Position numbers and translations under genes: made by a program | Shown: positions 45,460 through 54,648 of the stretch, in pieces | How positions within the stretch are numbered: position 1 is the first letter of the stretch | How the letters are laid out: every line of letters starts with the position of its first letter | Notes under the pieces: model-generated | The model's input: the letters and a program-made list of their open reading frames with translations, nothing else | Databases searched by the model: none | What the model was told of the DNA's origin: nothing | DNA from: Candidatus Nanosyncoccus sp. | GTDB lineage: Bacteria > Patescibacteriota > Saccharimonadia > Saccharimonadales > Saccharimonadaceae | Reading direction: 5' to 3' | Length of the DNA: 64,000 nt | Assembly: GCA_045636645.1 (NCBI GenBank) | Contig: JAZTXX010000018.1 | Span: forward strand, 2,896 to 66,895

Positions 45460-47230
45460 TGGACACGGTACAGCAACTGGTAAACCGAAGAATATGAGGG
45501 AATCATTTAAGATTTTCATGAGGTCCATCAAAGGCTATCGATGGCCGATATTGATCTCGGTACTACTCACGATTGGCTCGGCCGTCCTAATCTTATTTAT
45601 TCCGAAGATTCTAGGCGACATGACGACGGTCGCGGTTGATAGCTATCCCAATATTGATTGGGGGACGATTGGTGGCAAGGCCCTTCTCGTAATTGTCCTG
45701 TTCCTTATTTCCGCCGCGCTGGGTTACGGGCAGGCCTTCATTCTCGCCGTTGTTTCAGCAAAATATACTAAGGGACTGCGTGAGCAAATTCTCGATAAGA
45801 TCTCGAAGCTGCCGATTTCATACTTCGATAAGCATCAATTCGGCGACACTCTTTCTAGAATGTCTAACGACGTCGATATTCTTACTAACTCAATGTCGCA
45901 GGAAATTGCAGACGTGTCAATGAGCCTAACGACGCTCGTCGGCGTGATGATCGTGATGCTATTCCTTTCTGTGCCGCTGTCGCTTGTGGCCTTCGTAGTA
46001 GTCCCGGTCTCGGTTATAGTAGTTGGGCGCATTATGAAATTTGCTCAGAAGTATTTCCGCGAGCAACAAAGCACACTTGGCGTGCTCAATAGCAAGATCG
46101 AGGAGGATTATTCCGGCCAGGTCGTACTTAAGTCCAATTCGTACGAGAGGGCAGCTCTCGAGGATTTCACTGTAACGAACGAGAAGCTCACGAAAGTTGC
46201 AAGGCGCGCACAGATCTTCTCGTCACTCTCATTCCCAGTTACTCATATCTTCACGAATCTCGGCTACGTTGCAGTCTGTGTACTTGGTGGTACCTTCGTG
46301 GTTCAGGGACAAATCAATATCGGGAATATTCAGGCATTTATCCAATATATGTCACGGTTTAACCGTCCAATTACTGAGATTGCTTCGACTACTTCGACTC
46401 TGCAGGCATTACTTGCGGCGACTGAAAGGATTTTCGAATTCTTAAACGAGCCAGAGGAAGAGCCCGATATCGAACCTTCAAGGACTATTGAAAATGTTAA
46501 GGGCGAGGTCGAATTCCACGATATCCACTTCAGCTATGTACCGGATCGTCCGATTATTAAGAATTTCTCAGTGAAGGTTAAGCCCGGAATGAAAGTTGCG
46601 ATTGTTGGCCCGACTGGTGCAGGTAAAACCACCATTATTAATCTTTTGATGCGATTCTATGAACCAAATTCTGGTTATATCTCGATCGATGGTGTACCTA
46701 CGCGCGAGATGAAGCGTTCGGATGTCAGGAAATTGTTTGGAATGGTCCTGCAGGACACTTGGCTGTTCTCCGGCACGGTTGAAGAGAACCTGCGTTACGG
46801 CAATCAGAAAGCATCCCTAGATGATATTAAGAAAGCAGCGAAGGCTTCGAATGTGCATCACATTATTGAGGCTCTCCCTCGTGGTTACCGTTCGATGATT
46901 TCCGAAGACTCAGACAATATCTCCGCCGGTGAGAAGCAACTTATCACTATTGCGCGCGCGATGGTCGAGAATCCACCGATGATGATTCTAGACGAAGCGA
47001 CTTCGAATGTCGACACTAGGACCGAACAGCTCATCCAGGATTCGTTTGAGAAGCTCACGCGCGGGAGAACTTCGTTCGTGATTGCTCACCGTCTATCGAC
47101 TATCCGAAATTCTGATCTGATTCTTGTAATGCGTGACGGCAACATCGTCGAGCAAGGAACTCACGATGAGCTCCTCAAGATGAACGGTTTCTATGCGGAG
47201 CTTTATAATTCACAGTTCGCTGATAATTAA
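45452..47230 (+). CDS. ABC exporter, fused permease/ATPase (subunit 2)
   Basis: GPTGAGKTT, ISAGEKQLITIAR and MILDEATS. It overlaps subunit 1 by 8 nt. Confidence 0.85.
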   Translation: MPNGHGTATGKPKNMRESFKIFMRSIKGYRWPILISVLLTIGSAVLILFIPKILGDMTTVAVDSYPNIDWGTIGGKALLVIVLFLISAALGYGQAFILAVVSAKYTKGLREQILDKISKLPISYFDKHQFGDTLSRMSNDVDILTNSMSQEIADVSMSLTTLVGVMIVMLFLSVPLSLVAFVVVPVSVIVVGRIMKFAQKYFREQQSTLGVLNSKIEEDYSGQVVLKSNSYERAALEDFTVTNEKLTKVARRAQIFSSLSFPVTHIFTNLGYVAVCVLGGTFVVQGQINIGNIQAFIQYMSRFNRPITEIASTTSTLQALLAATERIFEFLNEPEEEPDIEPSRTIENVKGEVEFHDIHFSYVPDRPIIKNFSVKVKPGMKVAIVGPTGAGKTTIINLLMRFYEPNSGYISIDGVPTREMKRSDVRKLFGMVLQDTWLFSGTVEENLRYGNQKASLDDIKKAAKASNVHHIIEALPRGYRSMISEDSDNISAGEKQLITIARAMVENPPMMILDEATSNVDTRTEQLIQDSFEKLTRGRTSFVIAHRLSTIRNSDLILVMRDGNIVEQGTHDELLKMNGFYAELYNSQFADN

Positions 47231-47334
47231 TGATTATCTATGGATTCTATATAGGTGGTTTAGCGCGGGCTAGCTTGTTAGTCAGCGAGCTAATTAGTTA
47301 GGGGCTTGAAGCAGACTAAGAGCTCAGTTTTCTG

Positions 47335-47958
47335 CTAGACTAGTTTCTTTTTGATTGTCTCAAAAATCTCTTCAATGGAGCCGGAGGCGTCGATCGTTTC
47401 GACGTCGTAGTCTTCGGCGATCTTGAGGTATGCCTTGTTGATTTTGCGCTGAAATTCGTTGCCTTTGGATTTCCAGACCTCTTTCTTGCGATCCCAATTC
47501 TTGTCAGTCTGAGTACCGAGGCGCCTACCCTGCTCATCCTCATCGATAGTCAGGAGAAAGATTCTGTCTGGATGGAAATACCGCTCTGGCATGATGGTCT
47601 TATGGAGCCTGATGATTGTCGAGCGACTGACGCCTGCACCGTAACCTTCGTAGATTAAAGTCGAGAACCAGTTTCTTGTCGTAATAACAACTCCACCAGC
47701 CTTCAGGGTCGGCTCTGCGAGCTTTCGCCACTGCTCGTAGCGGTTCACGAGATAGAGCAATACGCGGGTTCGGTGATCGATGTCTTGATTCGAGCCATAG
47801 TTTAGTTTAGCGATAGTTGAGACGAATTCGTCCTCACTCGCAGTGCCAGACTCGGCGTAGGAAACTACTGTTTTGCCTTGGTTTTCGAAATATTCCTTGA
47901 GGAGTTTGGCCTGAGTGTCTTTACCTGTGCCGTCTTGGCCTTCAATAACTATATACAT
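47335..47958 (-). CDS. tmk: Thymidylate (dTMP) kinase
   Basis: MYIVIEGQDGTGKDTQ. It overlaps the tdk stop by 10 nt. Confidence 0.7.
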   Translation of the reverse strand: MYIVIEGQDGTGKDTQAKLLKEYFENQGKTVVSYAESGTASEDEFVSTIAKLNYGSNQDIDHRTRVLLYLVNRYEQWRKLAEPTLKAGGVVITTRNWFSTLIYEGYGAGVSRSTIIRLHKTIMPERYFHPDRIFLLTIDEDEQGRRLGTQTDKNWDRKKEVWKSKGNEFQRKINKAYLKIAEDYDVETIDASGSIEEIFETIKKKLV

Positions 47959-48533
47959 CTGAGATACCTTTCATAGCACGCTGGGCAGAGTGCGCGGTAT
48001 TCGATTTTGCTGGTTCCGTCGATTAGAATATCTGGGCCGTCTGCGACGAGTTTGCCGTCCAAGAACCTGGCGTTCAGGGTGGCTTTATGGCCACACTCGC
48101 AGATGGTTTTTAATTCTTCGATGTCGTGCGCAATCTGGAGAAGTCTGGTGGCACCCTCGAACCCGCCATCTTCGCGGCGGAAATTCAGGCGTAGACCATA
48201 GGCGACTACTGGAATATCAAGATTAATCGTGACGAGCATTAGCTGATCGGCCTGTTTCGGAGTCAGAAACTGGGCCTCGTCAACGAGGACGCACTGGACA
48301 TTACTGTATTTTTCTGAAATCATCTTGTAGAGATTCGCCCGCCTCGTGAAGCAGAAGTCGGTCTTGCGCTCTGGGCCAATCCTGGTCAGGAGCTTATCAC
48401 CGTTCTTCGTGTCAGTTGCTGGCTTGATGACGCATACTTTATGCCCGCGCTCCTCGTAGTTAAACGCAACCTGGAGAAGTTGCATCGTTTTACCACACCC
48501 CATTGCGCCGTAGCGAAAGTATAGTTTTGCCAT
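47949..48533 (-). CDS. tdk: Thymidine kinase
   Basis: YGAMGCGKT, VDEAQF and the zinc ribbon CECGHKA...CPACY. Confidence 0.85.
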   Translation of the reverse strand: MAKLYFRYGAMGCGKTMQLLQVAFNYEERGHKVCVIKPATDTKNGDKLLTRIGPERKTDFCFTRRANLYKMISEKYSNVQCVLVDEAQFLTPKQADQLMLVTINLDIPVVAYGLRLNFRREDGGFEGATRLLQIAHDIEELKTICECGHKATLNARFLDGKLVADGPDILIDGTSKIEYRALCPACYERYLRCI

Positions 48534-48541
48534 ATAGGATT

Positions 48542-48550
48542 ATTATACCA
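48542..48550 (-). promoter_or_regulatory. Extended -10 box (TGGTATAAT), 8 nt before ATG 48533
   Basis: The plus strand reads attatacca. Confidence 0.5.
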
Positions 48551-48588
48551 CGGTGAAAGATTGTTTTGCTAAGTCGAGTGGAAAAGAA

Positions 48589-48594
48589 TATAAT
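48589..48594 (+). promoter_or_regulatory. -10 box (TATAAT), 7 nt before ATG 48602
   Basis: Leaderless-type spacing. Confidence 0.4.
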
Positions 48595-48601
48595 AGGTAG
48601 T

Positions 48602-49249
48602 ATGCATGAAAGCTGGAAACCTTTTCTCGAATCTGAGTTTAATAAGCCATACTTCAAGGAGTTGTCCGAATTCCTGCACGACGAATACGAGAACAAGACG
48701 ATATTTCCTAGGAAGGAGCTGGTTTTTCGGGCTTTTTCGACTGATCTTGACGAAGTGAAGGTCGTAATTCTGGGTCAGGACCCATACCATACTCCTGGCG
48801 CGGCCGAGGGCCTGGCTTTTTCTGTACCGAATTCTCAGCCGATTCCACCATCGCTTATTAATATCTATAAGGAAATTGACAGTGATATTGGCGGGCACGT
48901 AAATCCACGCGGCAGCCTGGCAAATTGGCAGAAACAGGGGGTGATGTTGCTTAACACTGTTCTGACGGTTGAGGCACATAAGCCAAAATCTCATAGTGGT
49001 CGGGGTTGGGAAATCTTCACTACTGAGGTAATTAAATACCTGAATGAGCATCGCCCACACCTTGTGTTTATTCTGTGGGGTCGAGACGCACGGGGGAAGA
49101 AGACTCTAATCGACGCATCGAAGCACTTGGTGCTCGAGTCGGCGCACCCGTCACCACTGTCTGCCTATCATGGTTTTTTCGGGAGTAGACCTTTCTCGAA
49201 ATGCAATGAATTCCTAAAAAAGAACGGTCTTTCTGAGATTACCTGGTAG
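48602..49249 (+). CDS. ung: Uracil-DNA glycosylase
   Basis: VILGQDPYH, GVMLLN and AHPSPLS. Confidence 0.9.
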   Translation: MHESWKPFLESEFNKPYFKELSEFLHDEYENKTIFPRKELVFRAFSTDLDEVKVVILGQDPYHTPGAAEGLAFSVPNSQPIPPSLINIYKEIDSDIGGHVNPRGSLANWQKQGVMLLNTVLTVEAHKPKSHSGRGWEIFTTEVIKYLNEHRPHLVFILWGRDARGKKTLIDASKHLVLESAHPSPLSAYHGFFGSRPFSKCNEFLKKNGLSEITW

Positions 49250-49266
49250 GATTTTATTTATATGGA

Positions 49267-49815
49267 TTAAATCCAAGCCTTAAGACGCTGGTATTCTGCG
49301 GATTCTTCGTCGTACGAGTCGAGGATATCCTCGATGTAGGTCTTACCGTTAGTAACATTTAAAGTCTCGACTTCTGGCATTGATGCGAGAAGACGCACGA
49401 CCGCCTCGTCGGTATCAATATTAGTCATCGAACGCTTCGGGTCGGTTGAATAGGAAGGGACGCGAAGTTCTTCATAGACGAAACGTTTGATTCCGGCTTG
49501 AAGGCAATGCTTAAGGCAGTTATCACAGGTTGCAACTCGATTATATACTGTGCATCCGGCCAAGTTCTGGCGAGCAAACAAAATAGCGTTCATTTCGGAG
49601 TGAATCACGAAATGATACTTCATCGGGCGCTCAGACAATGTCAACTTGGATTCGTCCGCACCTTGCCCTAGGCCGTTATACCCCAGAGATACTACACGTT
49701 TATTCTGATCAACGATGACGCAGCCCATTTTGGACGAAGGGTCTTTCGACTTCTCTGCGACAGCGCTGGCAATATTTAAAAAGTATTTGTCCCATTCGAG
49801 CTGTTTCTTGTTCAT
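49267..49815 (-). CDS. dCMP deaminase (ComEB-type)
   Basis: Start MNKKQLEWDKYFL with SD aaaggagg. Carries HSEMNAI and ..CDNCLKHC.. (PCxxC-type zinc site). Confidence 0.75.
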   Translation of the reverse strand: MNKKQLEWDKYFLNIASAVAEKSKDPSSKMGCVIVDQNKRVVSLGYNGLGQGADESKLTLSERPMKYHFVIHSEMNAILFARQNLAGCTVYNRVATCDNCLKHCLQAGIKRFVYEELRVPSYSTDPKRSMTNIDTDEAVVRLLASMPEVETLNVTNGKTYIEDILDSYDEESAEYQRLKAWI

Positions 49816-49846
49816 AAAACCTCCTTTTATAGAATTATACCACAGA

Positions 49847-50047
49847 TTATTTTGAGCTGAGGTGCCAATGGTCACCGTATTCACACTTATAGACATCGAG
49901 TTCGATCGGGCCATGGTCGTATTCGGCTACTCTTGCGGCTAGCTCGGCTTCTTCTTTGGTATCGTAGGCGATCTTATGATTATCTCCGACCCAGCATCTT
50001 TTTGGTTCATATGCGCCGTGTTTAAGGTGTTTATTTCGATTTGCCAT
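49847..50047 (-). CDS. Small hypothetical protein with Cys/His cluster
   Basis: 66 aa with KRCW ... YKCEYGDHWH. A TGATATAAT box lies 8 nt upstream of the ATG. Confidence 0.5.
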   Translation of the reverse strand: MANRNKHLKHGAYEPKRCWVGDNHKIAYDTKEEAELAARVAEYDHGPIELDVYKCEYGDHWHLSSK

Positions 50048-50055
50048 ATTTGTAT

Positions 50056-50064
50056 ATTATATCA
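50056..50064 (-). promoter_or_regulatory. Extended -10 box (TGATATAAT), 8 nt before ATG 50047
   Basis: The plus strand reads attatatca. Confidence 0.45.
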
Positions 50065-50088
50065 CGGATTGTATTATTTGTCAATTTA

Positions 50089-50097
50089 TGGTAAAAT
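50089..50097 (+). promoter_or_regulatory. Extended -10 box (TGGTAAAAT), 7 nt before ATG 50105
   Basis: Leaderless-type spacing. Confidence 0.45.
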
Positions 50098-50104
50098 AAC
50101 CTTT

Positions 50105-51934
50105 ATGACTTTTGACAAAAATAAGATTAGAAACGTTGCGATTATTGCTCACGTCGACCACGGTAAAACTACGCTGGTTGACGGGCTCTTGAAGCAGTCG
50201 CATACTTTTCGTGATAACCAGGCCGAGATGAGCCAGACCTTGATTATGGATTCCGGTGATCAGGAACATGAGCGCGGGATTACTATTACTGCCAAGCAAA
50301 CTTGTGTTTATTATGATGGTTATAAGATTAATATCATTGATACTCCTGGCCACGCAGATTTCTCCGGCGAGGTTGAGCGTACGCTTAACATGGCTGACGG
50401 GGTGCTTCTGATTGTTGACGCACAGGAAGGCCCGATGCCTCAGACGAAATTTGTCCTCTCTAAGGCTTTGTCTCTTGGGCTGAAGCCGGTCGTCGTGATT
50501 AATAAGATTGATAAGCCTGCGTCTAGGATCGATGAGGTTCTTTCCGAGATTGAGAGTTTATTCCTCGAGCTCGCTACCGACGAGTCGCAGCTGTTCTACC
50601 CCGTCTACTATGCGATTGCACGCGAGGGTCGAGCAGGGAAAACTACTGAGCTTGACCAAGATCTTAAGGTGATTTTCGAGTCAATCATCAACGATATTCC
50701 AGCTCCGGATGTGGACCTTGATTCTGATTCGGCGCAGCTACTCGTGGCGGCGCTGGCCGGTGATAATTACCTCGGCAAGTATTGTATTGGTAAAATTTTC
50801 CGCGGCAAGCTGAAGAAGGGGCAGAGTGTTAGCCTGATGCAGCACTCACCATCCGGCACTACCGATATTAAGAAGTGTAAAATCGACCAGATTTTCTCTT
50901 ATCGTGGGCTTTCGAAAGAAGAGGTGCCCGAGGCTGGGGCGGGCGACATCGTCGCCGTGACCGGCATCGCCGAGGCGAATATCGGCGATACGATTGCGAC
51001 CGGGGATAATCCTGAGGCTTTACCAACAATCGAGCTTGAAGCCCCAACGCTTAGTATTTATATTGGGCCAAACACTTCACCGCTTAAGGGGCGTGAAGGC
51101 GAATTTACGACTTCACGGCAGATTGCTGAGAGGCTTGAGCGTGAGCTTGAGACTAATATCGCGCTCAAGATCCAACCCGACGGACTAGGCTACAAGGTAT
51201 CCGGTCGTGGCGAGCTACATCTCTCGGTCTTGATCGAGACGATGCGCCGAGAAGGTTATGAGCTTGAGGCAGGTCGCCCGGAAGTGGTTTATAAGGAAAT
51301 TGACGGAGTGAAGAGTGAGCCGATCGAGTCGCTGACTATCGAGGTTGAGCCTGAGTTTGTTGGCGCGGTATCGCAAGAACTCGGGGTTCGTAAGGCTGAG
51401 CTTAAGACCCAGGACCTTACTTCGAGTGGTTCGACTAGATTCGTCTACGAGATTTCAACTGCCGCCCTGATTGGACTCCGTAATAGTCTGCTTACCGCTA
51501 CTAAGGGGACAGTGATCATGTCTAGCATTCCTTCCGGTTATCGCCCGGTTGAGGGTCGCTACAAGCCGGAGAGGAACGGAGCTTTGATCTCATTTGAGAC
51601 TGGTGTTTCTACAGCCTATGCGCTCGACGCCGCACAGGCGCGTGGGACTCTCTATATCCCTCCGCAGGTGCCAGTTTATCAAGGTATGATTGTGGGGCTT
51701 TCAAACAAGAAGGATGATCTAGATATCAATGTCTGCCGCGAGAAACAATTAACTAATATGCGTACACACGCTTCGGATGGCGCAATCCAGCTAACCCCTT
51801 ACACTCAATTATCTCTTGAACAGTGTTTGGATTTCTTGCTTGACGACGAATTGCTTGAAGTCACACCGAAATCACTACGTCTTCGCAAGCGCCAACTTGA
51901 CCCGATTAAGCGAAAACGCGAGAATCGCCAGTAG
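50105..51934 (+). CDS. typA: Translational GTPase TypA/BipA
   Basis: [27 protein letters not shown] and NKID. Confidence 0.9.
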   Translation: MTFDKNKIRNVAIIAHVDHGKTTLVDGLLKQSHTFRDNQAEMSQTLIMDSGDQEHERGITITAKQTCVYYDGYKINIIDTPGHADFSGEVERTLNMADGVLLIVDAQEGPMPQTKFVLSKALSLGLKPVVVINKIDKPASRIDEVLSEIESLFLELATDESQLFYPVYYAIAREGRAGKTTELDQDLKVIFESIINDIPAPDVDLDSDSAQLLVAALAGDNYLGKYCIGKIFRGKLKKGQSVSLMQHSPSGTTDIKKCKIDQIFSYRGLSKEEVPEAGAGDIVAVTGIAEANIGDTIATGDNPEALPTIELEAPTLSIYIGPNTSPLKGREGEFTTSRQIAERLERELETNIALKIQPDGLGYKVSGRGELHLSVLIETMRREGYELEAGRPEVVYKEIDGVKSEPIESLTIEVEPEFVGAVSQELGVRKAELKTQDLTSSGSTRFVYEISTAALIGLRNSLLTATKGTVIMSSIPSGYRPVEGRYKPERNGALISFETGVSTAYALDAAQARGTLYIPPQVPVYQGMIVGLSNKKDDLDINVCREKQLTNMRTHASDGAIQLTPYTQLSLEQCLDFLLDDELLEVTPKSLRLRKRQLDPIKRKRENRQ

Positions 51935-51966
51935 TAATCTAACGCCCTCTTAAGATACTGTCTTTA

Positions 51967-51975
51967 TGGTATAAT
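51967..51975 (+). promoter_or_regulatory. Extended -10 box (TGGTATAAT), 6 nt before ATG 51982
   Basis: Leaderless-type spacing. Confidence 0.5.
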
Positions 51976-51981
51976 TTCTGT

Positions 51982-52710
51982 ATGCTAATTGATTCACATT
52001 GCCATCTTCATGACAGGAAATTCTTCACCCCTGAACAAGCGGAGGAAATGATTGGTCGCGCCCACGAGGCCGGAATCACGAAAATCATCTGTATCGGGAC
52101 GTCTCACGAGGATTCGTTGGCAGCCAGTGACTTCGCCTGCTCGCATGAGGACGTTTACTGGACTTATGGGGTGCACCCAGAAGGAGCCTCTGGTGATAAT
52201 GAATATAAGATCCCAGAGACTAATAATCTGGTTGCGATTGGCGAGGTCGGCCTTGACTATCATTACGAGGGTTATGACCGCAAGGCCCAGATTCGCCTGT
52301 TTGAGGGGATGCTGCAACTCGCTAGGGATAGTGACCTGCCAATTTCTTTCCACGTGAGAGAGGCTTTCGAGGATTTCTTCCCGGTGGTCGGTAATTTTCC
52401 AGGGGTTCGCGGGGTTGTGCATTCTTTCACTGATAATAAGAAGATCTTGAAACGAATCTTGAATGAGACCGAGTTTTATGTGGGCGTAAACGGGCTCGCG
52501 ACTTATTCGACTTTGCCAACACCACCACTTGAGAGGATTTTGCTTGAAACAGATGCGCCATTCTTGACTCCTGTGCCATTTCGTGGTATAATTAATGAAC
52601 CGGCCTATGTGCGCGAGATAGCCACCTGGCTATCTACAAAACTAGGCGAAGAGTTCAAAATTATAGAGAAGGAGACCACGAATAATGCAAGAAAACTATT
52701 CGGAATTTAA
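51982..52710 (+). CDS. tatD: TatD-family metal-dependent hydrolase/DNase
   Basis: MLIDSHCHLH, GEVGLDYH, HSF and ETDAPFL. Confidence 0.85.
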   Translation: MLIDSHCHLHDRKFFTPEQAEEMIGRAHEAGITKIICIGTSHEDSLAASDFACSHEDVYWTYGVHPEGASGDNEYKIPETNNLVAIGEVGLDYHYEGYDRKAQIRLFEGMLQLARDSDLPISFHVREAFEDFFPVVGNFPGVRGVVHSFTDNKKILKRILNETEFYVGVNGLATYSTLPTPPLERILLETDAPFLTPVPFRGIINEPAYVREIATWLSTKLGEEFKIIEKETTNNARKLFGI

Positions 52711-52837
52711 AGTCCCATCCTTCGCTAGGCGCGAAGTCTATGATTTTGATGTTCCAACTGATGATACTTATGCGGTCTATCAGGAGTTAAGTCAAATAGC
52801 AGAGGAGCTTGAGGAATGTCGCTTAAGAAACTGTTAA
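52685..52837 (+). CDS. Possible unlisted 50-aa ORF bridging tatD and the next gene
   Basis: Hand translation gives MQENYSEFKVPSFARREVYDFDVPTDDTYAVYQELSQIAEELEECRLRNC*. A ggag lies ~10 nt upstream. The ORF overlaps both neighbours. Confidence 0.3.
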   Translation: MQENYSEFKVPSFARREVYDFDVPTDDTYAVYQELSQIAEELEECRLRNC

Positions 52838-53190
52838 CTGATGCTTTCGGGATCCTGAAGGACGAGAAACACTACACAAATAAGCTGACCTACGACGATT
52901 TGGTTAATGCTGAGAGTGCAATCGGTAGGACGATTTTCGGTCCGGTTCCGGAAGGGCGTCGTCGTGAGTTTTTTGAGGCGAAGAAGAATGTCTGGATCTG
53001 GCATGAGAGCTATCTGAACGCGGCTGGAGTAATGGAGGAAATGACGATCCGCTACGAGGTTAGGCCAGCAGGTGTTTACAAAAAAGCAGGAAAAAGCGGC
53101 TACCGGAAAATCGAGGGCGATGAGCTGAATAACTTCCGTAAAGCCGCTAAATCTTATCTTAAGCTTGTCAAAACAAAACTCTATTGCTAA
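52816..53190 (+). CDS. Hypothetical protein
   Basis: 124 aa, SD gaggag, co-oriented with its neighbours. No motif recognised. Confidence 0.5.
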   Translation: MSLKKLLTDAFGILKDEKHYTNKLTYDDLVNAESAIGRTIFGPVPEGRRREFFEAKKNVWIWHESYLNAAGVMEEMTIRYEVRPAGVYKKAGKSGYRKIEGDELNNFRKAAKSYLKLVKTKLYC

Positions 53191-53199
53191 AATAGAGGT

Positions 53200-53754
53200 A
53201 TGGGAAAAGACAAGAATCAAGATATCTCGGGGGAGCTTGCTAATGCATTTAAACCAGAAAAGAAATCCAAGCTGAAACCAGCCTCTATAGCTATTCTAGT
53301 GATTGGGGTCATTGTGCTCATTGTAGGGATTGTTGTACTGATATTGAATCTTTCGAAGGGCCCAGCACTCTCTGATGCCGAGAAACTAACCTCAGCCAAG
53401 GAATGGATACTAGATGCGAATTGTGGAAGTAGTTCTGATGCTGCCAGCAGTGTTGAAACAGGTGAAGCTTCTAATGATGAAGGTATCACTGGTGGCGAGG
53501 CGAACTGCTCTGGCGCCGTGGTTTGGAAATTTACAGAAGTCGGTAAGGGGAATCTTACGACAAATGGCCACAAGAATGATTATGATTTTAAATGGGCGAT
53601 CGAGGAAGATAAGTTAAGGATAGAAGTTGAGTGGTTGTATGACCTTGATAAGGACTATGGATATAAGTTTGAGGACAATGATTCAACCCTAGTTCTTACT
53701 GATAAGGATGATAAGGAATACCGCTTCGTTAAGACCGAAAAAACAGAAAAATAG
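53200..53754 (+). CDS. Membrane-anchored hypothetical protein
   Basis: A single N-terminal TM segment (ASIAILVIGVIVLIVGIVVLIL) followed by an extracytoplasmic domain. Confidence 0.5.
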   Translation: MGKDKNQDISGELANAFKPEKKSKLKPASIAILVIGVIVLIVGIVVLILNLSKGPALSDAEKLTSAKEWILDANCGSSSDAASSVETGEASNDEGITGGEANCSGAVVWKFTEVGKGNLTTNGHKNDYDFKWAIEEDKLRIEVEWLYDLDKDYGYKFEDNDSTLVLTDKDDKEYRFVKTEKTEK

Positions 53755-53762
53755 AATTCATG

Positions 53763-53791
53763 AAAATAGCCACCTCTTAGGTGGCTATTTT
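53763..53791. terminator. Bidirectional terminator between convergent genes
   Basis: aaatagccacc-tctta-ggtggctattt, with flanking A and T runs. Confidence 0.7.
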
Positions 53792-53796
53792 GAAGG

Positions 53797-54549
53797 TTAC
53801 ATAATGATCATCTTGTTTACTTTTCGCCATAAGGCCCTAACTGTCTCTTCTTTCGGGCTTCTGAGCTGATTGTCCGAGAGGAAATCCTCGATTACTTCCT
53901 TCGCCATCACTTGATGGTTCCTGACGAACGGCCGATCAGTGCACGGTGACAACAACCAATGATTGACCGTCGTATTGAAGCCGAAATTCCCGATCTCATT
54001 CTCAGAGTACAGCCCGTATGATGAGAGTTCATCGAATACATTTGACGACTCCGGGTTCTGCATGCACTCGTAGAGTTCTCTGGACCTGATTAAACCCCAG
54101 AACATCTCATAGTCGCAGACCCAGTGAACCTCCCGCTTCGGATATTCGATCACATATGTCCTCTTCGGCGAGATGCCGGGAATGGTCCATGACAAGTCGG
54201 AAACGAATTCCATCCCATCGATTTCGAACTCTACCCAGGCGTGCCTCAGACGCTCACCTCTTACCCAGCTTGCCCCTTGGATAATCTTTGCAGTTGGGCA
54301 ATCCTTCAAGAGTAACATGCTGAGAGCCGTACACTCGAAACAGAGTCCGTCTGATAAATAATACTGAACCTTGTCCATCAATTGGAGGTTTGTGTCCAGC
54401 CACTTGGTCAACTCTACGCCATAGAGGTACATCTCCTTCGCCTTCTCGAAAACTGGCTGAAGGGCTTTTTTCTCTTCATCAGAGAAGTAAACGTACCCGT
54501 AATAGTCGGGATGGTAAGTATCTCGACTGATTTCTTTAATTCTAGGCAA
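53797..54549 (-). CDS. Hypothetical protein, possible transglutaminase-like cysteine peptidase fold
   Basis: The order GLCFECTALSMLLL ... RLRHAWVEFEIDG..FVSDLSW matches a Cys-His-Asp core. TTG start with SD ggaaggtg. Confidence 0.4.
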   Translation of the reverse strand: MPRIKEISRDTYHPDYYGYVYFSDEEKKALQPVFEKAKEMYLYGVELTKWLDTNLQLMDKVQYYLSDGLCFECTALSMLLLKDCPTAKIIQGASWVRGERLRHAWVEFEIDGMEFVSDLSWTIPGISPKRTYVIEYPKREVHWVCDYEMFWGLIRSRELYECMQNPESSNVFDELSSYGLYSENEIGNFGFNTTVNHWLLSPCTDRPFVRNHQVMAKEVIEDFLSDNQLRSPKEETVRALWRKVNKMIIM

Positions 54550-54633
54550 TTATTTCACCTTCCTTTCGTAAGATTCTTGTAATCCTCGATTACACTAATA
54601 CTATTATAACATACTTGTATATTTTGTCAAATA

Positions 54634-54642
54634 TGGTATAAT
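54634..54642 (+). promoter_or_regulatory. Extended -10 box (TGGTATAAT), 6 nt before ATG 54649
   Basis: Leaderless-type spacing. Confidence 0.5.
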
Positions 54643-54648
54643 TCATCT

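Noticed and set aside
48569-49060. 163-aa minus-strand ORF.
   Set aside because: It is fully antisense to ung, which has canonical UDG motifs. It shows no SD or promoter and has an odd composition.
51994-52422. 142-aa minus-strand ORF and a 101-aa alternative-frame ORF inside tatD.
   Set aside because: The tatD frame shows the HxH...E...H...H...D metal-ligand pattern. The others have no signals.
52834-53220. 128-aa minus-strand ORF opposite the 52816-53190 gene.
   Set aside because: Both are unknowns. The plus-strand ORF has an SD, follows the local gene flow and has a normal K/E-rich composition. The minus-strand product is Phe/Leu/Cys-rich with no start signals.
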